From positions 69,750,001 to 69,814,000 of the forward strand of contig CM060732.1 of the NCBI GenBank assembly GCA_030704615.1: a stretch of DNA of 64,000 nucleotides, read 5' to 3'. This DNA is from Takakia lepidozioides (lineage: Eukaryota; Plantae; Bryophyta). The stretch's first letter is position 1. The number at the start of each line of letters is the position of its first letter. This document shows, in pieces, positions 1-12,967 of this stretch. The position numbers and the translations under genes were made by a program. The notes under the pieces are model-generated. The model made no database searches. It was not told where the DNA came from and saw nothing but the letters and a program-made list of their open reading frames with translations.

Positions 1-322
1 AAGACTAGATAGTTTTCTCTATTGTACTCTCTTTCCTTTCTCTTCCATGTATGCCGGCGCCATTGAGCCGGGGTTGATAGACAAATAGGATATCTCTCGC
101 TCTCCGTATTATGATGGCCAGAGCCGGAAGTAGAAGAGGAAAGATGCGGGTGAGGTTTACCACTAAGTTATATCCGGGACTTCGTGTCATTCGATATAGT
201 ATCACTGGAACTTTGAACAGCTCTAAAGACTAGGTAGTTTTCTCGATTGTACTTTTCTTTCCTTTCTCTTCCATGTATGCCGGCCCCATTGAGCCGGGGT
301 TGGTAGACAAATAGGATATCTG
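1..322. repeat. Direct duplication of a ~95-bp segment (1-95 and 226-322)
   Basis: aagactag.tagttttctc.attgtact...gccggggttg.tagacaaataggatatct occurs twice with a 225-bp offset. Confidence 0.85.
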
Positions 323-3300
323 AGTGGTCGAGAGCTACTGTAACCGGAGAAACCGCAGGAGAGAACAGGGAGTGAGTCGGTCATCATCTCTGCAGGGGTG
401 AGATTCAAGGGATGGTTGGAATCGTAGAGAAGCCGCTATCATTCGGATGTAACTGGAAATATTGAGTATCTCCATGTAGTTCCTTCTGGTTGGCATCTTC
501 AAGCTCCTGAATGGATCTTGTGTGTGGTTTTCCAGGGGCCTCTTAATTGTTACTTACATGTTTGTCAAATCCAGCTTTTGCTTATCATTCATTGTTGCAG
601 TAGATGTTCTTCTCAGTAATCAGTCTCGTAGATTTCAACTCAACTTCTCTACCAAGACTTCGTAGTTCCGCAGGGAGATGAGGGCGTTGGAACTCGTTTG
701 TCATCTGTGAGACATTTCTTTGCTTGTCGATTGTGTATGGGAAAGATGTTGCGAAATGATTTCTTCCATTTTTACACTAATATGTCCACGGGCCAGGTTT
801 TAGTCAGGTCAATGTCAATGACAGGAGTCTATAAGACTCCTACCTTCAAATGGCAAAGACCGTTACAAACCTGGTAAATTAATATCAGAGATCGGTCTCT
901 TCGAGAGCATGGCTGTTCTAGCTGTGCATTGAACAGGCTATCTTTGAGTGGGCCCATCGTTGCCAGATGTGTCCTTTACGATCATCTGAGCTCCATAAGG
1001 GTTCTACATCGAGTTCAAATAACTAGTATGGCTTGCTTATTTTTTATGATTGTTTCTGACCTTCGTTAAAATCTACCGGGTGCGGAGTATTGTCCCCATA
1101 TCCCCCCGGTGCCGATATTATGCCGATGCCGGTATTATGCTGATGCAAGTGGCACTGAAAACATCTTATCGTTTTGTGGACTACTCCAGTACTTGTTTCT
1201 TGCTCTTTAGCTGGTCAGTGCCTGCATGACTGGGTTTGTCACGACATTTTAGTGGTAGATCTGTATAGGTTGATTTAGTGTCCGCCAAAAACTTCTGTCT
1301 GTCGAGTAAGTGGCTGTACTAGTTTTGGCAGTAGTCAACTCTGTTTGGCAATCACTAGTGATTCACTTACTTCCAGAGTTAAGCTCAATGTTGGTGCCTA
1401 ACCCTTCCCACTGATTGAAGGGGAAGCCACTGATAATCTGAGGAATTAAAGATTGAAGACACCTCCACTGCTAATCTTTGTTAAGCTCTCTCTCTTTTTC
1501 CAGGATGTAACAAGTTTGTTTTTCTCACACTCTGCTCACAGTAATGTCAGTGGAAGATAACGAAATCTTCTGTGAGATTGCTAATCTTTGCACCTACAAA
1601 TTTCTAATTAACTCTGCTTCATTCATGGACATTCTCTACTCACACAGATAGATACGGTATACCAGTGTCAATCCCAATCTTTTGATGGTAAAGAAGGTTA
1701 AATCCCTCACAAAGCAATACTACTTAGTAGGTAGTCTGGAGAGGCCGTTGCTGTTGTAGTCATGCATCGAATGCAGTCTTTATGTGATGATCGAAGTTCC
1801 TCGACGTTTTGCCCTGGAATTATATTTCACTGTTCAATGCAACAGAGTAACTCCTACCACCTGTAGGAGCCTCTTGGAAGCCAGCATGGAAATTCTCTTT
1901 TTCTTCACCTCATGAAGTACTTCAGAGTCTCCTGAGTTCCAACTAGTGGCAACTGGAGGTAATTACATTCTGTAGATTACCACTATGACAAAGCATGTAG
2001 GTTTATGGCACAATTCATTGGAGTCATCTTACGGAGTGTAGAACAAGATTACCTACTCAATTTTTCATTTCTATACAAGCAAATGATCACTGATAGTGCC
2101 ATGAGCGTTTCATTGACCCCCTAGCCCTCACACTGCAATCTCTGATAATGTTTGTCTACCCCCTCCATCCTGATCTTTTGGGAGTGCTGAGACAAGTTAT
2201 AGTTTCATCCTGTCTGATAATGAAGACAATGTGCTCTCCTGTTGGTTAGGTAGACAATGTGGCGCAAGGTAGATGTTCTCTTCATATGTATTTTTGGCAT
2301 CTGTTAAATAGTTATGCTGTGAGGATACTGTGTGAGCAATTTGCCTCCGAAGGAGGTTTGGACAGTTTGCATCATGGATGGTACACCTCGTTTTATTACC
2401 ACAGTAAGTCTGGTCCCTTTTACCACCATGCGCCATTAAGATGCTGTATTTTTTTGTCTACATATTGGAATTATTACTAGTCCACAGATGGGTACAGTGG
2501 CCCAGTGGTTCGCATCTAACCCTACGGGTTGCCCGGAGTGTGCTACACATACCAAATGTTTTTGATAGAATTATGATTAGGGTTTTTCCAACCCTCCCTG
2601 CTGTTGGTCTCGGGGGCCGAGCCTCACAGCGGCTGTTATTCCCCCTCCCCAAGAAAGAAAGCTCTCGAATTGTGAGCCGCTCCGAGGCTTTCCATCAATA
2701 AATAGAAGAACGAAGTCTGAAAGGAAACCCACGACCAAAACATCACCTAAAGACTTATGCAGATTTTCCTTTGAATTTGTCTAAGGCCCTTGCTTTGTGT
2801 AATGTCCTTCGGATCGCTGTCTGGGATATAGCATCGAGCCCTGATTGGGAATGGCCTCAGCAACGCCCATTTCGAAGTTCATGAGGATGTAAGAAAGCAC
2901 AGAATTCATTGAAGTGGACGAGGCTCTGAACAGTGGAACTTTGCATCAGTTCTGACTTGGAACCAGCATCCAAGTCAGCAAGGATCCAGCAGTCAGGATT
3001 GACGCTGGTTCGACCCAAGAGAGCAAGTGGAAACTGTGACCTCAACTGGAGATGGGCTCATACATATGCAGATACCTCAAAATCACGATAGTTGGACTTC
3101 TCGTAAGATAATCGAGAATCATTCCCTGAATCTGAACCTTATATCGGTAGTGAAAGTGCTAATGCTACGACAATGTAGTCATAGAAAATACATGTATCGT
3201 CCAATCTTTTTGAGTACGTGGAAACCGTCCGCATTTCTTAGGTTTCCCTCCAAGTTCAATTCCCAATATCCATCATCATCATACTGTAATCTATTTGCAG

Positions 3301-3650
3301 GCCGCCATGGCTTCATTCCACTGTACAACAACATGAGCTGCCTGCTCAAGAAAAAATCACGTGCACGGTGGCGGCCAACTTCAATATGAGTTATCTGCTG
3401 TATGGAGCGAGCGATCCGAGGCTAAGTGAAAAACCCTTGGAACGCAATCTATACAAGGATTGCTGGTAAACTATCGAGGCTCCAGTTGAGAGCTTGAAGA
3501 CGTCGGATCATCTTTGTAGCGATTGAATGGGGGACTCACTGTAAAACTCAATTCGCTAGTTATGGTACTGAAGGGTTAGAGAACTTCAAAGGTAGCTGCA
3601 CAATTCGAAATATCTTGCTTGAAGTCAGACAAACGCACATGCTAGAACGA

Positions 3651-6600
3651 TCAGGTGGTCATGAACATGGTCGCTCGGGGCTGGCACCGCTTATACGTGA
3701 GAACCATGACTAGATCCTCTGGGCGCGCCACAGAGCGGTCTGGAAGTGTACATGCTTCTCCACCAGCTGGTGTAGGGTCTTCTGAGCTCTTCGTAGTCAT
3801 ATCAATGTTAGAAGGTGTCTGCCAGATGGCGTTGCGTACATGTAACAATGGTAAACCGGGGATCAAGCGTTGCCCTTTGCAAGCGATCTCCACCTGCAAA
3901 TGTGTCGATGTGTGAAATGGAGCGAAGAGACTATAACTTTACATTCCCTATATTATGGAGTCTATATTAAGATGAAGTCACATGGTAATGTCTAATGTCC
4001 ACTACAGTCTGTAAAGAGCCAGATTAAACTCATGCTGTCCAGTTTCATGATTTGATCAGAAGGAGTTTTAGATTACAAGGACTCTACATAAGAGTTCATT
4101 AACCACTACTATCACCGAGCACCAGGGTAAACCAATTAGAACTAAATATTCTGTCATGAGATTTCAGGATCAACACTACAATAGCTCTTTCAATTCTCCA
4201 GACACAAGAAACGATCAATGGGCGTGCAACTTCATATATACTGACTAACTGATGCAAACTGAAATGTCCTACAGACTTGTACCTCTGCTGCACTTGAAAG
4301 CCCGAGCTTCTTCACCAAGTACATCCTCACCGCAGCCACCGTCACTGTCTCATCCCTGTCACATAGTAGCATCCAATCAGTCAGTCAGAGGCGCAGTCAT
4401 ATAGATATGTACGATGAAGTTATCCACATTGAATACATCTTAATCGTACATATTAATTGAAACTCAAATCTAAATGTTTTATGTATATAATAATAAGTCT
4501 CGCATAGTTGGAATCACATGTGAAACATTCTTCCTAACATGCTTCAGAATTAGTATTTCGTCAAAATGTGCATTTGGGATAGTTCTTGAAAGGATTCTAG
4601 GAGTTTACTGGTTATGAGCAAGAGATCAGGGACTGCTGATGCAATTAGATCTGTACATCATTATAATCTAGATAACCTCCACATCTTTTATTATCTGACT
4701 CTTCAGTGTCTCAGTAGTTCGAGAGATGAAGGGGGTCCAATGAGCCAGCTATCTTAACCAGCTGGCAAGAAGGCTAAACCATGTTTATCCACGTTCAGAG
4801 CCTCTTTCTTGATCTCTCTCTCTACTGGCCACCCGAGCAATACCACGTCATTTCCAGTATGCTCTCTTAGACATCTCATATCCGAATGGGTGTATTATCA
4901 GTACAGTGCCCCCAGAGCCAGCAAGTGATTGTTGTAGGTAGAAGATGACATACTTTATTCTCAAGTAGAGTTTGGGGAGCCCTTTTAATGTATGATTCCC
5001 AATTCTGCAGTTCAAGAAGACAAGGCAGACATTAGTGACTTGGTGAGCTTGCCCTTCAACATCATTGGTGTGATCAGACTGACCTTCTTACGAATGACAA
5101 CCAATGGTAGATACTTCGAGGGTAGATAATCGTGCAACATCGTACTTTGTTGATTGTGAACTTCTGCTCTCTAGACAGAGCATTAGTAACGTGTAGCACC
5201 AGTCTAACTATAAAATTTTGCTATTCACAAGGTCCTATGAATATGTACTGTCCCCCGTACTGCCCGTTCACGTCGTGCATCATCGGTGTGTCATCTCTCT
5301 CTACATACGTATGGCCGATCAAAGTTTCATGCTAATCACGGCACAATAATAGATCACTGGCTGGGATGTTCATGCATTGTTTGGATCTTGATTGCATGAA
5401 AGCCTACTCGATACGGCTGTTTATAGACCATTTTCTCAGCACTAATTGTGTGTTCTCTGGAGAAAATATCAGTATAGATCTACAAATTTTATTTAAATAG
5501 ACGTATTCAAACAATCTTACCACTACTCCAGAAGATTCACTTATTTCATGCTGCCTGATATGCAACATCTTTGCATTGGTACTGGATATAGACTTGAGAA
5601 TTTCTGTGACAAAGAGGATATTTTCAGAAGCATTATAACAGACTTACAGTTGGCTTTCTGCTGCTTCGAGGGTGAACCATAATCCAGGATTCGGTCCATT
5701 TGATGACAGAGCCTTAAATGGAACGGTATCCCTGTCTCCAGACATGCCAGGATCAAGCAATGGAGGCTTGCTACCAGAATACCTGTAAAAGCTTCTTCCA
5801 GTTGGATCCCAACGTTGGCTCTGCGTTGGCTTGTGATGTACTTTCGCCCACAGAGGAGTCGATGGACCAGGTGCTCGATCGAGCTGCTGCAAGTTCCTTA
5901 TCGAGTCCTGCAAAGAGTAAAAATAGAGCTTTCAACGTTCGGAGTTCCTGCCGAGTCAGCACAACCACTTTCGTACTTATGCAGCTCAGTTGAAGTTGGA
6001 GAGCTCGCTCTCATTTGTGAATCAAGCTCCTATTGTGCATTCAAAGTCCATATTTGAATTAAACTGTTTAAATGAGTTATAACCATTCTAATCAAAGATT
6101 GTTCAATGCTGGAAAAGCATCGAACTTTCATGCCGATTGTAGTGCACGCCCCGTGATGGACACACTCAGCTTGATTACACGATGCAAAATTATCGTAATA
6201 ACTAAACAACAGTGCTTCCAAGGACAGCCAGTCTTTCAGGAAGAAAGGAGGACGAAGACATGCACATTTTCAATTTAAAATAGTCTGTTTCGAGTACCTC
6301 ATGGCTCCCCCGCAAACCAGAGCCCTGAAACATATCGAGTGCCCGTTTCATTGCTGCTATTTGATTTTCAGTTTCATTCCTGGCAGGCTGGAGAGTATTT
6401 AAATTTCTTCCGATCCTTGGCGATGTCGCAGGCGGCAATAATGTACTTGGAGGCGGCCCAGATTGTTGGAAATGTGAGTGCGCGTTGTGTCCCACTGTTC
6501 GTAGAAGCCTTTGCCAGGACTCTTCAGAAGGTCCTGCATGGATCCTCTCATCTGCCTCTATTTGGTTGTTGGGGACTGGGGGTGTCCAAGTCGAGAACCC

Positions 6601-8427
6601 TCTTTCTTGCAGAACCATACTAGTTGACGCTGCTGCAGGTGGGGCGTCAGAAGGGCACTTGGACAATGGAGCCAACTGGCTGGTATCTGAGGTGATGTCC
6701 ATTGGTAAATTCTTCCCGGCAATGGGCCCTAACCCTAAGTGGTTCCGCCAAGTGAGGATAGCATCTGCTTCAGTTTGAGGAAGGTGGGCAGATTGCAATG
6801 TCCGTGGCACTGTAGCAACCAACTGAGATAGACCTGGCTCTACTTGTTGCAGAGCTACTTGACCACCTTTTCCTGCCGTCTGCGGAGGTGAAGGTAGCTG
6901 TGTTGCCAAGCCCAGGGCTTCTCCGGAAATGGGAAACTTGCTCCTGGCTGAAGTTCCAGGGTTTTGTGGCGCTTCTCTACTGGCATCGACTCTTCGCAAG
7001 TCTCCGCTGGAGCCAGTCAGCGATAACCAATTTGGTCTCTGTACCGTTTGTGCTGTCTGTGCCTGCGAAAGAACCGCATGCTGGACGGGTACGGGTGATC
7101 CAGACGTGCTCACGGTTGTACCTGGAGTTCCGATGAGTGGGTGAGGTTCTGTCCAGCCTGGTGAGTCTCTTCTGACCAATGGGTCTAGGTTACAGCCTCC
7201 AAGACTGTCTCGTCTGTGAGCATCCTGGGTTGCATGAGATGATGCTAAACCAGGCGTTCCGGAACGAATTACTACAGCAGCACTACTAGCACCAAGGTGT
7301 TCTATAGTCGGTTTCCTGTCGCTGCCATCGTTATCTGATGCATATCCGGTTAGGTGGAAAAGCATTGGCCATTGGGACTGTGAAAAGGAAACCGGTTGCT
7401 TGAGTCGACTTTCAGCAGCCAATTCGGACACGGTCGGCGAACTTTCTACTCCCAAATTGTGTGGCAGCCTGCTATTACTGGTGGGCGTCTGCACTCTTTC
7501 CGGGTTGTCAGTGTGATCTGCATTTCGGGACTCCTTTCGCGTTTCATCATCGACTTCTATATATAATCTTGGACAGGAAGCAGCTGACGAGCTCCCTAAT
7601 CCCAGCTGTAACCACTCCTCAACCTCAATGTTAGCCTCCTGGGGCAGCCGTTTCCTCGAACCAGCTTGAACCCTAGACCTTACGAGAGCCTGAGAGGGCT
7701 CCAGAAAATTCTGCAACTGAAGTTCCCCTTCATAACTCTCTGTTGGAAAGCTCATTTTGTTGATGAGCAGTTTCTGCTTTCGAAGAGGCAATGTTGGAGG
7801 TGAAAACTGTGGATAGAATTCCCTCTGACCATGGCCAGACCGTGCATCTTCTACCACAATTCCTTGATGTCTACTTTCCCCCAGCACCTTGTGGTCTTCC
7901 AAGAATGGTTGTAGGCCTGGCAGTTCCATAGACTCAACTTGTACCTTTGATTTCTTGATTGAATTATCATGCAATGAACCTTGAGACATGAGTGTAGCGT
8001 CCGAAGTATTAGCAGCTGCACTTTCTATGGCCACGGCACCAGAAACTTCGTCCTCCGTGCTCGATTTCGAGCTCTCTTGATCTGCCATGTGATGTTCGGC
8101 CGTTATACCGGATTCCCCACAATTATCAGGAGACAAATCAGAAGATCCTTGCTTCGACAGCCTAGACTGCAATTGGTTGATTGTAGGATCAGTATCTCCG
8201 TCCCTGCGACCTTCATCCGGATTTTCTCCAGTCTGATCCTCAGACACAATGCTGCTCACTGCCCCCAGCTTCCTCTTCTTCCCAGGTTGTGACCAATCGT
8301 TCATGAGATGATCTTTCCTGGAAACAGAAGGTTCCACGGTTGGAGTCTGCATGTCATCAAGCTGCTCACTCTCCTTCGCGCAGTGGAAATTAGGCCGGAT
8401 ATTCACAGAAAAACCCAGCGCTGACAT
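3651..8427 (-). CDS. LAX PANICLE 2-like / RAWUL (BMI1/DRIP C-terminal ubiquitin-like) domain protein without RING, ~918 aa; exons 8427-6298, 5907-5648, 5004-4954, 4355-4283, 3893-3651
   Basis: All four introns are GT-AG and phase-consistent. The spliced C-terminus reads GLWFTLEAAESQLIGNHTLKGLPKLYLRIKDETVTVAAVRMYLVKKLGLSSAAEVEIACKGQRLIPGLPLLHVRNAIW...VMVLTYKR, matching the plant RAWUL signature (WFxL..LP..YLRIKD..YL.KKL.L..EVEI.C.GQ). The long first exon carries WLQLGLG, an EAR-like motif typical of LAX2-like proteins. Start codon uncertain; the frame is open to ~8555. Confidence 0.85.
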
Positions 8428-10517
8428 GCGAGTCCGGGTGTTGTCAAGGGAGCTACTCACATCCCCTTGCACCCGGCTGTTTTGGAAGAATATCCAAGGC
8501 TGGTCTTCTGAATCAAGAACTTCTAAGTCTAGCAGGAAGAAATGCTGCGGTCTACCTTAGCACCGAGATGCTCTTTTGGTTGAAGGCCATTCTGCAGAAC
8601 ACTTCAGAAATCATTCGACATCATCCCCCCCAAGTTAGTTCTCTCTCTACATTGGCATTAATGTGACGTTTTCATCTGTCTTTAAGAGAAAAGCACTGAT
8701 ATCAATGTGATTGCCCAGGCGAGCACTGTCACAGCCCTGAGTTCTGTATACACAGGGTCGTCTTCCTGAAGACTCTTTCATACAAGTCTCGAGAGTTCTC
8801 GAGACATATTGTACATCAACATGTGTACGTGTTTACCCTAAGCATTGATACATGAACTTCTAATACTAGCTACTATACCCGCCAGGTCTTCAAACTAAAT
8901 TGAAACTGATTGTAAAAGGTGATACATACAGTGGAGTGCGAATTGAGTCGAGGATGCATGAGGCGTCTGAAATGTGTACACACGACTTGCATTCATCAGG
9001 CTACTGGTGCGACTGATCGGACGTGCAACGCCTCTAGTTTCGGACTCCCCGGTGATCACATGCGAGACCTGCCCCCAGCTGATCAATCCTCCTGGGACCA
9101 AATTCATTGTCACTGTTGGAGGACATTCTTCGGCTGGGGAGGAGAATACAACTCAAGCAATCCTCGCGCGGGGGGCATTGGAAACGAAATAATAATTTCT
9201 TCCATTGTCATCTCACAAGATTTTGGCGTCCGCCTACCCCTTGGGGTGTCTGGGTAGCGGACCTAAACCATTTTCACCTTGAACGCACGATCGTTGTCAG
9301 CAACTGTATCGGTGGAGCTTAAACCTCAAAGGGTGCTAACCACCTTCTCACAAACCTAGCCACTACAGCTGTGCGCTGAATTCCACCTCCGCTCGCAAAC
9401 TTTCTGATGTTTCCAGTGCTCACAGTTTACTGAATGACACGAAAGTTCTCCATGCACGATCCCACAAAATTCGAGCCAGCTTCCTAGTGGATCGCCTATA
9501 TAGAGTGGACTACCAGCTTCCCGCCCGCAGTGCGCTGATCTGCTAAATGTTTGTATGTCAATTCGCTATTGGGCTCCAGCATGATCTTGTGAGTTGAACA
9601 GCTTGAGGAACCTTCCTCAATTGGCTTGTGATCCAAACTGTCGGTCACAGTTTAGGGAAAACGGCCTGGAGATTGAGCTCGTGTTGAAAGCTGGTCCAAA
9701 GGGATGCTCGAAACAGACAATCTGCTCGTCTTCCCAGGTGGCCCTCAGTATATGATCTCGACCCAGTTCACTCAGAGTACTCAGAGATCAGAGATGCGAG
9801 CTCTGCAATAGGCCCCCCGATGAAGCAGAGAAGAAGACCTTTGAAGGTAGACGGCTTTCTGGAGACGTGCTCGGATGTGGAGTACCGTGCAAGCCATCTG
9901 ATGTCTCTGTGCCACCTGCAACTGTGGAGCTCTACGAAACGTCCAGAGTCAGAGAGGGAGCAGGTTCTAGCAACCACAGAGGAAGTCACAGACAACACAA
10001 AAGGAGCAGCACTTGCTGATTCTCTACGGTCATATGCAATAGATAGTCTGAGACTTTTCTTTGGAGGAAGGTCCTTGACGATCTAGCAGCGATGGAGAAC
10101 GTTCACGCAGCCATTAATGAACACTTGCAGGACCCAACCAGCTGCAGAACACTTCCTCCGGCCCCTTTACAGCCTTTGCAGATCCGTCTGAGGCCATGAG
10201 CAGCGTGGGTACCTGGCCATCAAGTTCTGAAGATGGGTTCCCGCAAGCAAGCGCCTCGCTGCCCCTCCCTGCAACAAAATAATATAGAGAAAGAGAAAGG
10301 GCGTGATAAGCGTGCGTGGCAGAGTCGTCGTCGGTGGCCGTCTTCTCTAATCATCCCTCCTTAATCGCACTCACTAAACCCTGATTGTAAACACCTTTAA
10401 TCATCAATAGTTGTTGTACTCTCTGCATGTAAACCGTTCATCTTTTTTAAGTGATGGTTAGTGCTCATGAGGAGACATGTGAAACCAATAGGTCTGCGAC
10501 TCTCGGTCGAAATCATA

Positions 10518-10672
10518 TCATGGGGTCTTGTTGTTGGATTATATTGCTTGCATTCACGTGTCATGGGGTCTTGTTGTTGGGTTATATTGCTTTCAGTCGC
10601 GTATCATGGGGTGTTGTTGTTTGCGCATCAGTCGTGTATCATGGGGTGTTGTTGTTGGGTTATGTTGCTGTC
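10518..10672. repeat. Tandem minisatellite, 4 copies of a 35-43 bp unit
   Basis: tcatgggg(t/g).ttgttgtt starts at 10518, 10561, 10604, 10639. Confidence 0.85.
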
Positions 10673-12484
10673 ATTCGCGACCGGATCGAATTGCGAAATA
10701 AAAATTGATTAGGTTCCTCTCCTACTCACCTAAACCCATGCTAACTCACTAAATACTGAGCCATGCAACCCATGTTACACATTTGGCTGCCCAGGGCAGT
10801 TCACTCCAGTTCCCCCACCAAATGCATGAGGACCCACTTTACAGGAGGCAATGCGACCGCAACAGTACTCGAGGTCTATCATCATAGCATGTACTCTCCA
10901 GCTTTTGACGTAAGACTTTGAAGTTATGCGAATCTTTCTTCGATAGGAATGCCGTGAAATATATCGCATACAGCTCCGTTCGTCCATCAGGGAAATGCCA
11001 GAATCGAGCTATGAACTCTATGGTCTGAAATTTCTATTATTCACAAGTAAGGAAACGCGTAAGAGTGCGGAGATCCCCACGTACTGTTTCTGTGGGTGTA
11101 ATTGGCACCTTGGTGTTTCTCCTTCGATTCTTGGATATCGATTGAGATTGAATCCACGGAGGCCATCTGTTGTTCCGTTGTGCATGCATGATCCACGCGG
11201 TCGCGAGTGCTGGCTTTGTCTTGCTAAATTGGGTGCACGGGGGCTCCTCACTCTTTAAGGGGAAAGAATCGGGTGACAACTTTGCTCACGTCATACTGTA
11301 AATTGTCGTTCCGTAAAAGAAAGTTAACATTCTGGAATGAAGGAGCAACAACAGTATCTCCAGGTAGCTACGGCATATACATTTCATCTCCTTCCTGTCA
11401 TGGCCTGGGGCTGGTGGGTGGGGGAGGAGAGATGAAGATAACTTGTAACTACCTACATGCAGAGGACTCAGGAGCAGAGCGGTGCTGAGCACGTGCTTGA
11501 GTGGGGCCCGGAGTCCAACGCGATGTGTCTGCTGTTCACGTGCTCTACACACTGGCTGGCTATGGTGGCCACCAAGCTCGCATAGCCACGCCTAGCTTTT
11601 ATAGGAGCAACATATTGAACTGATAAGGAGCGGTAGCAGGTACCTACATGATTTGACCTTGTCACCGACCCAATACTTAGCTAAGCTGCACTGTGCAGGC
11701 CTACTGGCCCGGCCGGGGCTCCTGATGAACCAGAAAATCTCACCTTTTCTAACAGCTTTTCACGGAGGTTTTAAATTTGGGAGATTTAGATTACGTATGA
11801 TGGTCTTGTAGTGGTACTACAGGTCATCAGCGTTAGTTGAGCGACCTAAGGGGAGAATCGTTGATGAATTCTCATGAAGTCCAACAAGCAACCAATGAGC
11901 TGGAGCTGTTAAACATGCTCAATGATAGATATAATCCCACTGTCACAGCTATGATGTCCATGAGCATGCACCAAGTCGCAGAAACACAGCCAATGAACTG
12001 GCAGAGAGCTAGATGGCCAGCACGGCAGTCATTTCCGGCAGCTACGTCAGTTACTTGCGGAGAAATAGAAAACAAGTTACATTCTTGAGAGGACATTAAG
12101 GCAAGAAGGAGAGCACGAGCAGGGTGGCAGGCCATGTTGTTGTTTGTATACACGCCACGCCTACATGCCATCTCGCTCCTCGTTCGCATTTCTTACACAC
12201 ATCTCTCTCGACATGTGCCTCCATCTTCGGGACGACTGTCACCCCCCCTACAATTGTGCTTCCCAGCTTCATCACTCAACCCACCTCCTTTTCTCCTTGC
12301 TTCTCTACACAACCCACCTTTTACAATATTTAAATTAACTGTAATTCGAGATCTTTATTTTTTTTTTTTATTGTTCAAGGACAGAGCCGTCCCTTAATTT
12401 TATAATCAGAGGAAAATATACCCACTTTCAAAGCAACCTATGTAAGCTCCTCAAGGAATAGGCCAAGGGAAGGGGGAGAGCACA

Positions 12485-12967
12485 CGGCAAGGTAAGAGGA
12501 GTTGAACCCATTAGATATTTACCTCAGCGTTGCTCTATACAACTGAGCTACCTACCCATGGTAATATTTTTATATTTTATCTTTTTTTATTCTTATTTTA
12601 TTTTTTATTTCTTTTGTCTTTATAAATGAAAACTGGTAGCGAACCCCAGCGTTGCTCTATACAACTGAGCTACCTACCTGCCCAGGGTAATATTTTTTAT
12701 ATTTTATATTTTTATATTATTTTATATTTATATATTTTTAAATTTTTTTGTTTTGTTTTTATAAAGGAAACCTGCCCACAATTCAGGCCCATAAGGAGGG
12801 GGAAAAATTAACCCCCTTTCATTTATGGGCCATGAGACCGACCTACAGGACGATAAACGCCCAGACATACCGTCACCAACAATCCCACACACGGGGCAGG
12901 GAAGTGGGTTTGAACCCCGACCCACCAGGGCGACACACAGTGCACTTACCAGCTGAGCTACCATCCG
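12485..12967 (-). repeat. Three tRNA-derived (SINE-head-like) cassettes separated by AT-rich spacers
   Basis: Minus strand: GGATGGTAGCTCAGCTGGTAAG...GGGGTTCAAACCC (~12967-12900); GGTAGGTAGCTCAGTTGTATAGAGCAACGCTGGGGTTCG (~12678-12638); GGGTAGGTAGCTCAGTTGTATAGAGCAACGCT...GGGTTCAACTCCTCTTACC (~12557-12490). A-box and B-box present; anticodon arms not canonical. Confidence 0.6.

Noticed and set aside
2489-2700. Possible SINE or structured RNA starting GGGTACAGTGGCCCAGTGG
   Set aside because: A-box-like only; no convincing B-box, tail or TSD
6202-6297. C-terminus of the 756-aa ORF as listed in the track
   Set aside because: Read-through into an intron; the GAG|GTACTC donor at 6298 joins in frame to the RAWUL exons
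12485-12967. Functional tRNA genes
   Set aside because: No canonical anticodon stem-loop can be folded; kept only as tRNA-derived repeats
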